NCBI RefSeq assembly: GCF_006345805.1
Contig: NC_043000.1
Location: forward strand, 17,856,001-17,920,000
Direction of reading: 5' to 3'
DNA length: 64,000 nucleotides
DNA from: Octopus sinensis
Taxonomy: Eukaryota
Below, piece by piece: positions 25,768-39,074 of the stretch. Numbering within the stretch: position 1 is the first letter of the stretch; each line of letters begins with the position of its first letter. Both the position numbers and the translations under genes were made by a program. The notes under the pieces were generated by a model. The model made no database searches. It was not told where the DNA came from and saw only the letters and a program-made list of their open reading frames with translations.

Positions 25768-26534
25768 ATCCATTCATTATTTAACACCTGAAACTTCTTG
25801 GCACCTCTTCACCAAAGAACATCGGCTCCTGTCAAAAACCTTCTTCAGAACAGATTTATCGGCTGTCTTTTTACTTGTTTCGGTCATTGAACTGCAGCCA
25901 TACTGGGGCGCCCCCTTGAAGGGTTCCGTCAAATAAATCAATCCCAGTATTTATTTCTGAAGTCTAACGCATGTTCTATTGATCACTTTTACTGAACTGC
26001 TAAGTTACAAGGACATAAACAAACCAACACTGGTTGTTGAGAAGTAGGGTTCGACAAGCACAATCACAAAGATGCACACACACACTCACATACACATACA
26101 CACATGGTGGGCTTCTTTCAGTTTCCATCTATCACACACATATGAAGGTGCTTTGTCAAGAGGTTAGGGCGTCACACCCTAAATATTGTGCTGGGATATA
26201 TCCCCAAGGTATTTATCTTTTTCTTGTTTCCATCAGTAAACTGTGTCCATGCTGGAGCACTATATGATCCATTCATTGTTTAACACCTAAAACGTCTTGG
26301 CACCTCTTCAGTTTAGAACATAACCTCCTGTCAAAAACCTTCTTCAGAACGGATTTATTGCCTATCTTTTACTTGTTTCGGTCATTGAACTGCAGCCATA
26401 CTGGGGCACCACCTTGAGTGATTTATTCAAATTAATCAATCCCAGTATCTGTTTCTGAAGTCTGGTATTCATTCTATCAGTCTCTTACCAAACTGCTAAG
26501 TTATAGGGGCATAACCAAACCAACACTGATTGTC
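25768..26534. repeat. Local direct duplication of ~270 bp with ~500-bp spacing
   Basis: ATCCATTCATT...CCAACACTG appears at 25768-26036 and 26267-26534 and includes part of a SINE A tail. Confidence 0.8.
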
Positions 26535-27572
26535 CAGCTATGGTGCAAGGGCAAACAGGAAAATGCACGCATCTATCTATCTGTCTGTCTGTCTATCTAT
26601 CATCTATCTATCAGTCTATCTGTCTATCTATCTATCTGTCTATCTATCTATCCATCCATCTATCTATCTATCTATCTATCTGTCTGTCTGTCTATCTGTC
26701 TATCTATCCATCTATATCATCGCCATTTAGCATCCATTTTCCATGCTGGCATGGGTTGGATGGTTTGGCAGGAGCTGGCAAGCCAGAGGACCATGCCAGT
26801 CTCCATTGTCTGGTTTGGCATGGTTTCTGCTGCTGGATGCCCTGCCTAACACCAACCACTTTACAGAGTAGGCTGGGTGCTTTTTACATGGCACCAGCAC
26901 CAGTGGGGTCACCAAGTAACTTGCAAGACCAAAGCCCCTCAACAGGAAGGAGGAGTAGGGCTTCCACACAGTTTCTGTCTACCAAATTTTCTTGCAAGGT
27001 GTTGGTGAGCTTTGGTCTATAGTAGAAGACTCTTGCCAATGGTGTTGCACAGTGGAACTGAACCCAGAACCCTGTGGTTATCTAAGGGAAAGGCAAATGC
27101 CGATACAGCTTGGTACCAGTGATGTCACAACTCATTTCTACAGCTGAGTTAACTGGAGCAACGTGAAATAAAGTATCTTGCTCAAGAACACAACAGGCAG
27201 CCCAGTCCAGGAATCAAACTTGGTAGTGGGATGATGAAAATTGTACGCTGAAAAAATAAATCAAACAGCGTTTCAACTCTGTGTGAATATATGTGTATGT
27301 ATGTAAAAGGAGGATATGTGAATGTGTGTGTGTGCATATGTGTGCACAATGGAAGTGGGATGGTTCATCTTTGTTTGCTTAGTATTTGGATTTAATTTTT
27401 GATTTGGTTGAATCTTGGTTGTTGTTTTTTTTTTTTGTTGGTCAGTTATTTGTAGTGTTTTGACAGTAAAAAGTCATTCTAAAATTGTTTTTTAATGTAA
27501 GCGTGCCCAAACACTGAATCTCAAGACAAGAAAGAATTGGCCATGTCAAATTTTTATGCATGTGTATATATA

Positions 27573-27635
<63 letters not shown>

Positions 27636-28444
27636 TCTAACTCACTTATTGTGGACCTTTATCTCAATCCCTCAATAGAAAACATATCGCATGTTTATAT
27701 GTATATATATATATATATATATATGTTTGTGTATAATTATTATAATTATATAAAAAGAAAAGTATGAACTACTATAGTAATCCTCCCTTCTCAACACTGA
27801 TAAGGATAGAGAAAGGGAATCATAATCCAGAAGTCTCTTTGATCCAGTGGTTCCTCAAAAGAATGGATCCCCCACCCCTGTGAACCACCAGGCAGAAAAG
27901 GATAGGGGAGCCAAGGAAGCAGCAACCAGAAGCCCCTCTGTGCCAGTGGTCCTACAAAGGAATGGAGCCCTCACCCCATTGGACAACCAGAGGTAAAAAA
28001 TTCCCACCACAAGAAAAGGAAGGACAGTACATGAACACAAACATAAAGAAGGAAAGGAAGAAAAAGGAAAGGCATATTATGTATATACCTGTTTAAGAGC
28101 ATAGGCTCAAAATGTAAAAGACTCTCTCACCTTCCTAAGCGTTAAACTAATACACCTGTTTGTTGTTTATACACCTGTCTTCGTCTTTTGTAAATTCCAA
28201 CTATATATATATGTATATATATATGTATATGTATATATTGTTGCATTCGGAGATGGTCATGTTGCCAGTTTGGCCAATGAAAACACACGCACTATATATT
28301 TGGTGTCCACTTGCTTCAACTTTACTTTATATTAATTGTATTTTGGCCAGAATTCTTTCCACACACTTCTGTGACCCCATCTGTGGTCTTTTGCTTTCTT
28401 CTTTGTTTTTTTGTGTCTCTCCTTACTAATGATCTGCCACACAC

Positions 28445-28507
<63 letters not shown>

Positions 28508-30678
28508 ATATATAATATATATATATATAATAAGTATAGGAAAGAATGGAGCTGAGCGAAGATTTAACAAAATTCCTTTATTTTATTTTCGACATGTCGA
28601 AAATAAAATAAAGGAATTTTGTTAAATCTTCGCTCAGCTCCATTCTTTCCTATACTTATTATATTAAATTAAACTTCAAATTTCCGCACTAAGGCACGGA
28701 GTATATGCCCTATGGTCGTAGCTTCAACCGTGCTCTTTCTGTTGTGAGTTTGCTACCCAGGAATCGGTTATCTTTTGAATTATCCGTAATAAGATAATTC
28801 ATTTATCTACTTATATATATATATATATATCATCATCATCATCATCATCGTTTAACGTCTGCTTTCCATGCTAGCATGGGTTGGACGATTTGACTGGGGT
28901 CTGGTGATCCAGATGGCTGCACCAGACTCCAATCTGATCTGGCAGAGTTTCTACAGCTGGATGCCCTTCCTAACACCAACCACTCCAAGAGTGCATATAT
29001 ATAGTGTATATAGTATATACATTAGATTAGAAGACTAGTTAAGTTGCTTTTCCATTAGGGTGTTCAGCGTCATCATGGCAGCAGAAGCCAAACTGAGTTT
29101 AGTTGTTGTCTCGTTTTGGGTATCAAAATATTTAAAGTGCTTAGCTTATAAAATTTACACAACCACGATCCATTTAGAAATTAATGAGGCTAATGACGAA
29201 ATGCAAACATGATTAAGAGGACATAGCTATTGGTTAATACCATCAGTATTAATAAAGCAGAAATAGCTTTAGATCTCTAACTTTGGAAATATGATTGCTA
29301 CTTGCGTTATCAATCCCCGAGAGGTAAAAGGCTAAGTCACACCTTGTGGGATTTGAACTTGGAATGTAAATGAACTTAACTGAATTATTTCAAGTCATTG
29401 AGTCCTGCGCTTTTATTGTCTTTGCCACTCCTCAGTTCTTACTGCTGCTGCAACTATTAAATATCACATAAGTCATGTTATGAAAGTAAACAACTGTATT
29501 TAAGGTTCTGCGTTGGAATCTTATGATGTAACTCGAGTCTATGATAACAGCTGGAAGATAAAGGATTGTCAGTCTCTACAGGGAGTTGGGGATTATTACA
29601 AACTTGCAATAGTTTCTTATAGGGTCACTTGATCTGCTGATAGAACAGCAAAATCTTCCTTAACGGTTTCCTTATTATAGCCTTATTGTAGAATGAAACT
29701 CAGATGTGAGGGAGAGGCGGCACCGCGTGAGTATTGAATTAACTTTGCAATCTTTAATTCCTCGCTAGAACTGTTTAACTGTGTATCTGTAGATTCTTTA
29801 AATAAGGAACACATGTTTTTATATTGTGGGATGGTATACCCTCATACCCTCAATAAACAAAGGATGGTAATGATCATGTGTGAAATAAGGTTAGGTGGTT
29901 GCGCAGAGAGGACAGTCCTTGCAGTAATTGTATTGCATGGCAGGGTGGTAGGAAGTTTGTTTCTCAACTACATGGTTTCAGTCCCACTGCATGGCACCTT
30001 GGGTAACTGTCTTTTTCTATAGCCTCTGGATGACTAAAACCTTGTGAGTGTATTTGGTAGACAGAAATTGAAAGAAGCCTATTGTATGTGTGTGTGTGTG
30101 TATGTGTGTGTGTGTGTGTATGTGTGTGTGCATGTGTGTGTGTGTTTGTTTTTCCTCTCCACTGCTTAACAACTGATGCTGGTTTGTTTATGTCCCAATA
30201 ACTTAGCAGTTCAGCAAGAGACTGATAGAATAAGTCCTGAGATAAGTTTGTTCGACAAAGCTCTTCATTGATTGAAACAAATAAAAGGAAAAAAAATAAG
30301 ATAAAAGATATGTATCGGATTTTTTTTCTACCTAAAGTGTATAAACCTATCCAATATAAGTGGTGGAATAATGATCATTAGGATTGATATAAAACATGAG
30401 TTCAAAATTCTATATAAGAGTAATTCAGATATAGAAAACATGTTATATGGAGTATATAACAGTTCCTCTTAGATTGGCACAAAAAAGGAGAGTAATAATT
30501 TTCTGTTTTGAGTGTTTGTTCAGCTGAGTACATGTCTCATCTTGAGACAGCTGAATGAAAAATTACATTCAAAGTGATTCAATTGTTGCAATGGGCAAAA
30601 GAAAAAATGTGTAACTATGAGCTGCAATGGCTTAAGATTTGTAAGATTATGTACTTTGTAATGATTTGTAATCGTTAT

Positions 30679-30844
30679 AGGCGCAGGAGTGGCTGTGTGG
30701 TAAGTAGCTTGCTAACCAACCACATGGTTCCGGGTTCAGTCCCACTGTGTGGCATCTTGGGCAAGTGTCTTCTGCTATAGCCCCGGGCCGACCAATGCCT
30801 TGTGAGTTGATTTGGTAGACGGAAACTGAAAGAAGCCCATCGTA

Positions 30845-30885
<41 letters not shown>

Positions 30886-31110
30886 CTGTGTTTGTGTGTC
30901 TGTGTTTGTCCCCCTAGCATTGCTTGTCAACTGATGCTGGTGTGTTTATGTCCCCATTACTTAGCGGTTCGGCAAAAGAGACCGATAGAATAAGTACAGA
31001 GCTTACAAAAAGAATAAGTCCCGGGGTCGAGCTGCTCGATTAAAGGCGGTGCTCCAGCATGGCCGCAGTCAAATGACTGAAACAAGTAAAAGAGTAAAGA
31101 GTAAAAGAGT
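30679..31110 (+). mobile_element. SINE family A
   Basis: Starts AGGCGCAGGAGTGGCTGTGTGG and ends GAAACAAGTAAAAGAG. Confidence 0.85.
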
Positions 31111-31523
31111 TAGTTTGCAATGGCTTGTATCTGTAAACTGAAGACTTGCAACAGTAGTGTCAGCTACAATGGCCTGTAACTGTATATTGTGCATCCATTC
31201 ATATCATCATTGTTCATGTAACTTGTCAAAGTTGTTTCATCCGTACAAGAAAATGAAAGACGTATGAACTATGTAACACAAATCTAGCTACGGTATTGTG
31301 GTCAGTGGGTGAGCTGCATAGATGGTAGTTGCTGAAATGATTGATCTCTATGTCTGGTCTACATGGCTCTGAGCAAAAGGTTGTTGTGAGCTGGTGGTAA
31401 AAATGCTCAAATGTGAAGTGATTTCTTTATATGATTGACTGCAACTAATCTATTTAAAAGTGAAAGAGTGATTTGATACTTTCTTTCATTATATCCTGCA
31501 CCTAGAGAAGTCTGTTGTCTAGG

Positions 31524-32888
31524 TATTGTGTGGATGCCCCCAGACGATATGTAGGCTAGTCCAATATGTATAAACAGTGGACATGATAGCTAGACGGGAA
31601 GCGTCGCATAGAGCCGTCAGTGGACTAGACGTTGAGTTCTGTTGAGTCAAGTCGTCGGAGTGAAAGTTTGGTAGTTAAGTAGAGGTACGTCATTGGCGAA
31701 GGTACACCAGCCGAACGTGCGACATAACAGTGGCAACAAGGTTTCGAATAGTACTGAAATGGAAGAGTTACTGAAAGCTGTTGTCATGTGGATTTCGCAG
31801 GACCAATAAATGGCTCTCATTATACCATCGTGGTGGATAGCTATTCCAAATGGCCTGAAGTGTGTAAATGTTCAAGGCCAACCACAAGTGTGACTATTGA
31901 CTTCTTGGAAGAATTATTCACTCGTTTTGGGGTGCCAGATGCGATCGTGTCAGATAATGGTACACAATTTATGGTGAAGGTGTTCAAAAGATTCTGTAAG
32001 TCGGTTCAAATGAAGCATGTGTTAACTCCGCTATACCATCCAAGGTCAAATGGGTTAGCGGAAAGATTTGTCGACGCATTCAAGAGAGCTTTAAGAAGGA
32101 CCAGACGGGAAATCCTTGAAGATACAAATATGACAAAGTTTTTGCAGGTGTATAGAATAACACCAAATCCAAATGCAGAGTCGGGTAGGTCACCTGCAGA
32201 TTTGATGTTTTCCAGGAAAATTTGTTCTATTTTTGATAAATTGTTGCCGAGTAGGAAACAGAAAATAGAAAATTTGGGAAGAAGAGCGAAATTCTTTAAC
32301 ACAGATGATGAAGTGTATTTTAAAATATATAGAAATGGAAAACAGGACTGGGAACAAGGAAGTATAACTGGACATCTGGGTAACGTGATGTATATGGTAA
32401 AAGGACCAAAATATGAACACAGAAGGCATGTAAACCAATTAAAAAAAAGATGTACCAAAAATCAAGAGAGGCGAGAGGAACCAATGGATATATGGTATGA
32501 TTTGTTTGAGGTCTCAGAACCACAAGCAGAAGCAGAACTGACATGTAGGTCAAACAGGAAGAGAACACCTATAGAAATTATGGAAATTCACGCTAAGAGA
32601 AAAAGATATGCAAGGAAGAGAAATTGATAAATTCGGGTTTGGGGAAAAAAAAAACTCTCAAAAGGGGGAGGTGTTGTGTGGATACCCCCAGACGATAAGT
32701 AGGCTAGTCCAATATGTATAGATAGTGGACATGATAGCTAGATGGGAAGCACTGTGTAGAGCAAGCCAGAGCCATCGGTAGACTAGATGTCAAGTTCTGT
32801 TGAGTCGAGTCATTGGAAGTGAGAGTTTAGTAGTTGAGTAGAGGTACATCATTGGCGAAGATACGCCATCTGAATGTGCGATATAACA
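31524..32888 (+). mobile_element. Internally deleted Ty3/Gypsy LTR retrotransposon (LTR-PBS-gag stub-integrase-PPT-LTR)
   Basis: Direct LTRs 31524-31729 and 32672-32888 (TG/TA...ACA ends), 5-bp TSD CTAGG (31519-31523, 32889-32893), PBS-like TGGCAACAAG at 31731, polypurine tract AAAGGGGGAGG at 32661-32671, integrase ORF inside. Confidence 0.92.
31788..32627 (+). CDS. Gypsy-type integrase core (rve DDE) plus C-terminal domain; no HHCC zinc finger and no upstream in-frame ATG
   Basis: 279-codon open frame with HVDFAGP (D), IVSDNGTQF (D), SNGLAERFV (E) and a C-terminal W..G...Y.V...RHVNQLK segment typical of K02A2.6-like Gypsy polyproteins. Confidence 0.85.
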   Translation: MDFAGPINGSHYTIVVDSYSKWPEVCKCSRPTTSVTIDFLEELFTRFGVPDAIVSDNGTQFMVKVFKRFCKSVQMKHVLTPLYHPRSNGLAERFVDAFKRALRRTRREILEDTNMTKFLQVYRITPNPNAESGRSPADLMFSRKICSIFDKLLPSRKQKIENLGRRAKFFNTDDEVYFKIYRNGKQDWEQGSITGHLGNVMYMVKGPKYEHRRHVNQLKKRCTKNQERREEPMDIWYDLFEVSEPQAEAELTCRSNRKRTPIEIMEIHAKRKRYARKRN

Positions 32889-33394
32889 CTAGGTCAGTCA
32901 ATTTCTTGTTTTATCTTGATTTCATAGCAATAGTAGTATGTAATGTTCAATACAGAACATGGATGGTTTAGGTCCATATCAGAAAGCACTATCAACAAAT
33001 AATTTTCATTCAGACAAAAGGAGCATACCTTTTGTTTTTTACAGGGATGTAGGCTTTGACTTTTGCAGTAACCACTCTATCACATTGGCTGAAGTTTAGT
33101 TGCTGCTGCTGATTCTGGAGTCAACAATGAGGTGTGTCATTGTTGAAATTCAATTAATATTCTGCAAATCAAATATTTGGGTGCTAGTTCATATTGTTCA
33201 CACTAAATACACTAAATACTTTTAATGTAAGTGTTTTTGTTATAGTAGAACATAGAACAAACAACTGTTATATCAATTACTTTTGTGTTATAGGTTTCCT
33301 TGATTAGAACTAATTAGAGATGCTTCACTGCAACAGTGAAAATATAATGAAATTGTCTCTTTACATATAAGTGAAACTATATAATGCATGCATT

Positions 33395-33629
33395 AGGCGG
33401 CGAGCTGGTAGAAACGTTAGCACGCCGGGCGAAATTCGTAGCAGTATTTCGTCTGTCGTTACGTTCCGAGTTCAAATTCTGCCGAAATTTCAAATTTTGC
33501 CTTTCATCCTTTCGGGGTCGATAAATTAAGTACCAGTTACGCACTGGGGTCGATGTAATCGACTTAATCCCTTTGTCTATCCTTGTTTGTCCCCTCTATG
33601 TTTAGCCCCTTGTGGGTAGTAAAGAAATA
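33395..33629 (+). mobile_element. SINE family B with 16-bp TSD
   Basis: TSD TATATAATGCATGCAT at 33378-33393 and 33632-33647. Confidence 0.88.
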
Positions 33630-34052
33630 TATATATAATGCATGCATCAGAACAAGCTGTGGGCTTTCAGACAGAACTGTCATATCAAATAAAGAGCACA
33701 GTTTAATCATTAGATTTGAAATGCCAATGCAAAAGATAGGGGAAAAATTGTGACCATATTGAGAAATTGTTTAGGTACGAGAGACATCATATGATGTATG
33801 AGAAAAGAGATTCACATTGTAGAAGAGGTTATTTGGCCAGAGTGGGGAGTATTTGAGGAATGAAAATATACTGATAGCCAGTTGCTGGTTTTAGCCCTTG
33901 TTGTGAAGTAGATGCAGGGAAGAAAATATGATCTGTTAGAATTTTTTTCTAGCTAATGAACTGAGTGAGGGATAACTATAAAAATTTGTTGTTGCTAACT
34001 CTTTTAACCTCTTTTCACACAACCTCTATGCACTTGTCTAATCTACTTCAAA

Positions 34053-34431
34053 TCTTTATATATAAAAGTGAGGTTGTGTGCTGTCTGTCTCCTACGATTT
34101 AGATTCCTAACTACTCCCACATTTTGCGGTGCAGTTTAACCAAATTCGGGTATCTTATAGTCGTGATTCATATTGAGCCCTTCTGGGTATTAGCGCACGT
34201 CTACGATGAGTCTACGATTTTAAAAACAATTTACCATCAATTTTTCCCATTTTTAATGCATTTTTGGCATATATAAGATTTATTATTAAATCTCAGAACG
34301 TAAAAAGCTACAGTAACACCCCCCCCTTTGTGGTTAGCCATATTGAGATGGCTATTATACTTTACATCTTTAAAAATGCTTATATAGTTATTTCCCTTAC
34401 AAACCCAAGCAACGCCGGGCGATACTGCTAG
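34053..34431 (+). mobile_element. Non-autonomous Helitron, same family
   Basis: A|TCTTTATATATAAAAG...GCAACGCCGGGCGATACTGCTAG|T termini. Confidence 0.85.
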
Positions 34432-35950
34432 TAATATATAAATTGCCTTAGAATCATATACTACAATCTTAAAAATAAAGATATCATCATCATCATCATC
34501 ATCGTTTAGCGTCCGTTTTACGATGATGATGATGATGATGATGATGATATCTTTATTTTTAAGATTGTAGTATATGATTCTAAGGCAATTTATATATTAC
34601 TAGCAGTATCGCCCGGCGTTGCTCGGGTTTGTAAGGGAAATAACTATATAAGCATTTTTAGAGATGTATTGGATATAAAGCAAGATGGGATGTTTGTAAC
34701 TGGAACATCTTTAATCATTGGTTTGCTTGATCTGGGCTGACTTGAAGTTAAACAATGTATCAGAAATGAGTTGTGAGTTGTCAGACAGAACTGTCATATC
34801 AAATAAAGAGTGCTGTTTGATCATTAGATTTGAAATGCCAATGCAAAAGATAGAGGGAAAATTATGACCATGTTGAGAAAATGTTTAGGTACTAGAGACA
34901 TAAGTCACGTTTGCAGAAGCCAATGAGGGAAACGTGATACAATCACCTGGCTTGTTCAGTAACACCTCCAATTTCTCTTACTAAACTTATCATCATTAAA
35001 ATAGGGACAAGATTTAATTCTTAGTTTGTAAGACTTGTCAGTACTCACATGTAATTTCATATTTTTTATAATACAGCATTGAAAACAACTGTTTACACTT
35101 CAGGAGGTTAAAATGAGAGATCTCAAGGGGGAAATTAACAGATGTCATTGAAAAAATATGAAACGAATGAATTCAATGGCCCAATGTTCAGTGTCACAAC
35201 TCTCCTAATTATGAATATTAATAATCAGTGATGTGAGAAAACATCTAGAAATACGTTCATTTACTCTGTTCAGTCATTGGACTGTGACTATGCGTAGGCA
35301 TTACCTTTAACATATTAAAGAGCTAAACCATCAACCCATTTAGTGATAATAGCAGTTTGTAACTTTAGCACACGGTGATAAATTTTGTGGGTGTGTGCAG
35401 TCACTGAAACCAGCTTCACTACTTCACAAGTATTTATCTTTATTGATACCAGTAAGATAAAGAGCCGAGTTGGACTTGATGAGATTTGAACTTGTGATAT
35501 AAACATACATGACATATAGGTACAAAACATGGCTGTGTGGTTCAGAAGCACCCTTTGCAACCATGTGTTTTTGGGTTCAGTCCCACTGTGTGGCACCATG
35601 GGTAGATGTTTTCTACAATAGTGCCCCCTCCCCCGCCCAATCTCAACTGACCAATGCTTATGAATGAATTTGTTAAATGGAAACAGTGTGGAAGCCCATG
35701 TATCATCATCATCATCATTATCATCATTTAATGTCAGTTTTCCATGCTGGCATGGGTTGGACGGTTTGACAGGAACTGGCTAGGCAGAAGACTGCACCAG
35801 TTTCCACTGTCTGTTTTGGTGTGGTTTTTATGGTTGGATGCCCCTCCTAATACCAACCACCTTACAGAGTGGATTGAGTAGTTTTTACTTGGCACCAGCA
35901 CTGATGTGTGTGTGTGTATAGAGTATTTGAAGTGATGTCCAGATATCATT

Positions 35951-36102
35951 ATATATTAAGAAAAAGGAGGCAGTCCGAATTTTGGATAGTTCTTTATTTA
36001 GCACTTTCATCCATTCATGACAACATTCAAAAAAATCTTCATGAATGGATGAAAGCACTAAATAAAAAATTATCCAAAATTCTGACTGCCTCCTTTTTCT
36101 TA

Positions 36103-36107
<5 letters not shown>
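35951..36107. mobile_element. Fold-back MITE (almost entirely palindromic)
   Basis: ~70-bp imperfect arms ATATATTAAGAAAAAGGAGGCAGT...ACTGCCTCCTTTTTCTTAATATAT around a ~19-nt spacer. Confidence 0.65.
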
Positions 36108-36129
<22 letters not shown>

Positions 36130-36133
<4 letters not shown>

Positions 36134-36318
36134 AAGTATATTTGTCATCTAAATGTGGCTAACCACTAAGGGTGGATGCTACTGTAGCTTGTAGCCCCAG
36201 GAGAACATCTTCTCCAGCTGGCTATTGACACACTTTCTGTGCCCTATCAGTATTTGCAAAGGGAAGCCATCCATCCCCTTAGTGATTAGCCACATTTAGA
36301 TGGCAAATATACTTCACA
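36130..36318. mobile_element. MITE with ~43-bp TIRs
   Basis: TGTGAAGTATATTTGTCATCTAAATGTGGCTAACCACTAAGGG / CCCTTAGTGATTAGCCACATTTAGATGGCAAATATACTTCACA. Confidence 0.7.
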
Positions 36319-38688
36319 TTGACGTGCAGCTACTGTTTACACCTCGTTCAGAAATTTATCACACACACACACATATATATATATATACATATATATATAT
36401 TGGCATGTGTGTGAGTTTGTGTATGTCCACCATCACTTGACAACAGGTGTTAATTTGCACCCCTGTAACCTAGCAGTTCAACAAAAGAGAATGATAGAAT
36501 AAGTAAAATATGTACTGGGATCAATTTGTTCGATTAAACTCTTCAAAGCAGTACTCCAGCTTTGCAGCATTCCTATTAACTGAAACAAGTAAAAAAGATA
36601 GGTGACTTAATGATGCATAACTAAACTGCACAAGATATTTTGTCTGACACTCTACCAGTTCTACTACTCATTACATTTATAATAACAATGAATTCTATCA
36701 ATAGCAGAAAATCACTAATTTAGAGACAAGCAAGGTACTTGGTGACCCTATCAGTGCAGGGGTCACTTAAGAAGCATCCAGTCCACACTGTAAAGTGGTT
36801 GGCATTTGGAAGGGCATCCAGCTGTAAAACTGATCTCACCTGTGCTTGTGCCACATAAAAAGCACTAAGTCCACTCTGCTAAGTGGTTGGTGTTAAGAAG
36901 GGTATCCAGCTGTAAAAATCTTATCAAAAGAATCACAGAAACCTGGTGCAGGCTTCTGCCTGGTCAGCTCCTGTCAAACCATCCCACCCATGCCAGCTTG
37001 AAAGGCAAATAATGATGATGATGATAATGATGATGATACAGTCAATTAAATTGACCCCAGCACTCCACAGATACTTACTTTATCAACCCCAAAAAGATAA
37101 CAAGTGAAGATGACTTTGACTGGACTAGAACTCACAATGAAAGGAACTTGACCAAATAATGAAAAGCATTTTGTCTTACACTTCATTGAGTCTACAAGCG
37201 CAGTGCCTTTTCATAATGTATATTGATTTCCTATATGTGTCTTTATATGTGTATATCTATACATGTGTTTATAAGGCCAATGTGTATAGATGTAGGTGTT
37301 TGTGTGTGTGCATGCACTTAATTATATATGTATATGTATATGCACATGTGTACATGTATATATACATTATACATGTACATACACATGTAAACATCTAAAG
37401 GTGTGTATGTGTGTATGCTTTCACACAAGTGTGCGTTTATGTATGACCATGTTGTATGCTAACTCCTCTTACAAAACAACAATTTATTTCATTATTTAAT
37501 GTCATGGGTATCAAGAGTAAAATTCCATGCTTGAGAGGCCTTGCCACATACAATCAATGTAGGAGCATGATATTTAAAAAAATAACACATTTGTTTACAA
37601 ACATATTATATACAGAAATATACATACCAACATATGTCATGGTGATATTACCGTGTACATTCATAAAGATGTCACACCTTTTGTTGTTTCATGCAAATCA
37701 GGTTGTGGTAAACTACTAGTGCATATAAAGCAACTGAAGATAATGACATGTACATTATGTTTTTCATTAAATTCCTCGAATTGCGACAGAAAATTTTAGG
37801 AAAAACCTCAGTAAGATGGAAGTATTTGTCCAAATTGTGTGGTTTCAGTTTTTACGAACTTAAATATTTAGAGAGCTGCATACCCTTAGGAATGTCAATA
37901 TGACTGAAGACAAACAGAATCTCTGCTTGACCTCACCAACATGCCGTTCATCAAACAAATGATCCTTTACCCAACTAGAAATGTTTGCTTTACACTTAAT
38001 GCAGAATTCAACTATAATGCTAATGTGACTCATACAGTCTTCTGTGCCCTTAACATAGTAGCATTGACAATGTTGCACAATACCTCAGAAGAAGCATTGC
38101 AGTTTTGTCAAGCTTGAATTTCTAAAACCTCGCTGAAAATCAGTTAAGAAAGATATCTGTAAGCCAAGCCATTCTAATGTTCTTGTTATGCATACATTGG
38201 CATGAAACAAGAAGCTATATCAACAATGGAAGTATTAAATGCATCAGATATGTTACAGAGCTGAAACTTGAAATTTGATAAAATATCACATCCAAAGATA
38301 GTACAATGTTTGTAAGATGAAGAACAAAGTTCTCAAAGCACCTAAATGGATAGGAGGGGCATTTTAGATTGTCCATGATAGAAACTGAGAATAAAGTAAA
38401 ATGCTTCCACAAATATGAGAGCAACAAAGGAAGCCAAAGTGTGGTAAACATAAAAATGAACTGAAAAAATATTTTACAGATTTACAAAAGAAACACCTTC
38501 AGTGCTTTAGAAAATGAAATTTAGAAATTGAAGGAAATAACTTGGCAACAGAAGTTAAGTGATATAATGAAAAATTCAACACTTCCACTGTAACATATGC
38601 AAATAGATGAGTCAGATGATGACTTCAAGACTATTGCTTTGAAAAAGGAAATGGCAACATTTGCATAATAAAAGATGTAATGTCTATT

Positions 38689-39074
38689 GTGGAAGCACTC
38701 CGTCGGTTACGACGATGAGGGTTCCGGTTGATCCGAATCAACGGAACAGCCTGCTCGTGAAATTAACGTGTAAGTGGCTGAGCACTCCACAGACACGTGT
38801 ACCCTTAACGTAGTTCTCGGGGATATTCAGCGTGACACAGAGAGTGACAAGGTCGGCCCTTTGAAATACAGGTACAACAGAAACAGGAAGTAAGAGTGAG
38901 AGAAAGTTGTGGTGAACAAGTACAGCAGGGATCACCACCATCCCCTGCCGGAGCCTCGTGCAGCTTTAGGTGTTTTCGCTCAATAAACACTCACAACGCC
39001 CGGTCTGGGAATCGAAACCGCGATCCTATGACTGCGAGTCCGCTGCCCTAACCACTGGGCCATTGTGCCTCCAC
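38689..39074 (-). mobile_element. SINE family C with 11-bp TSD
   Basis: TSD TAATGTCTATT at 38678-38688 and 39075-39085. Confidence 0.88.

Noticed and set aside
31791-31801. Acceptor TTCGCAG allowing a DUS4L-integrase fusion
   Set aside because: It is phase 1 while the DUS4L donor is phase 2, so it is out of frame, and it would remove the first catalytic Asp.
32006-32568. Minus-strand ORFs overlapping the integrase
   Set aside because: Antisense shadows of the open integrase frame with no recognisable motifs.
37700-38670. Possible decayed transposase in unique-looking sequence
   Set aside because: Only vague peptide hints across several frames; no diagnostic motif or termini.
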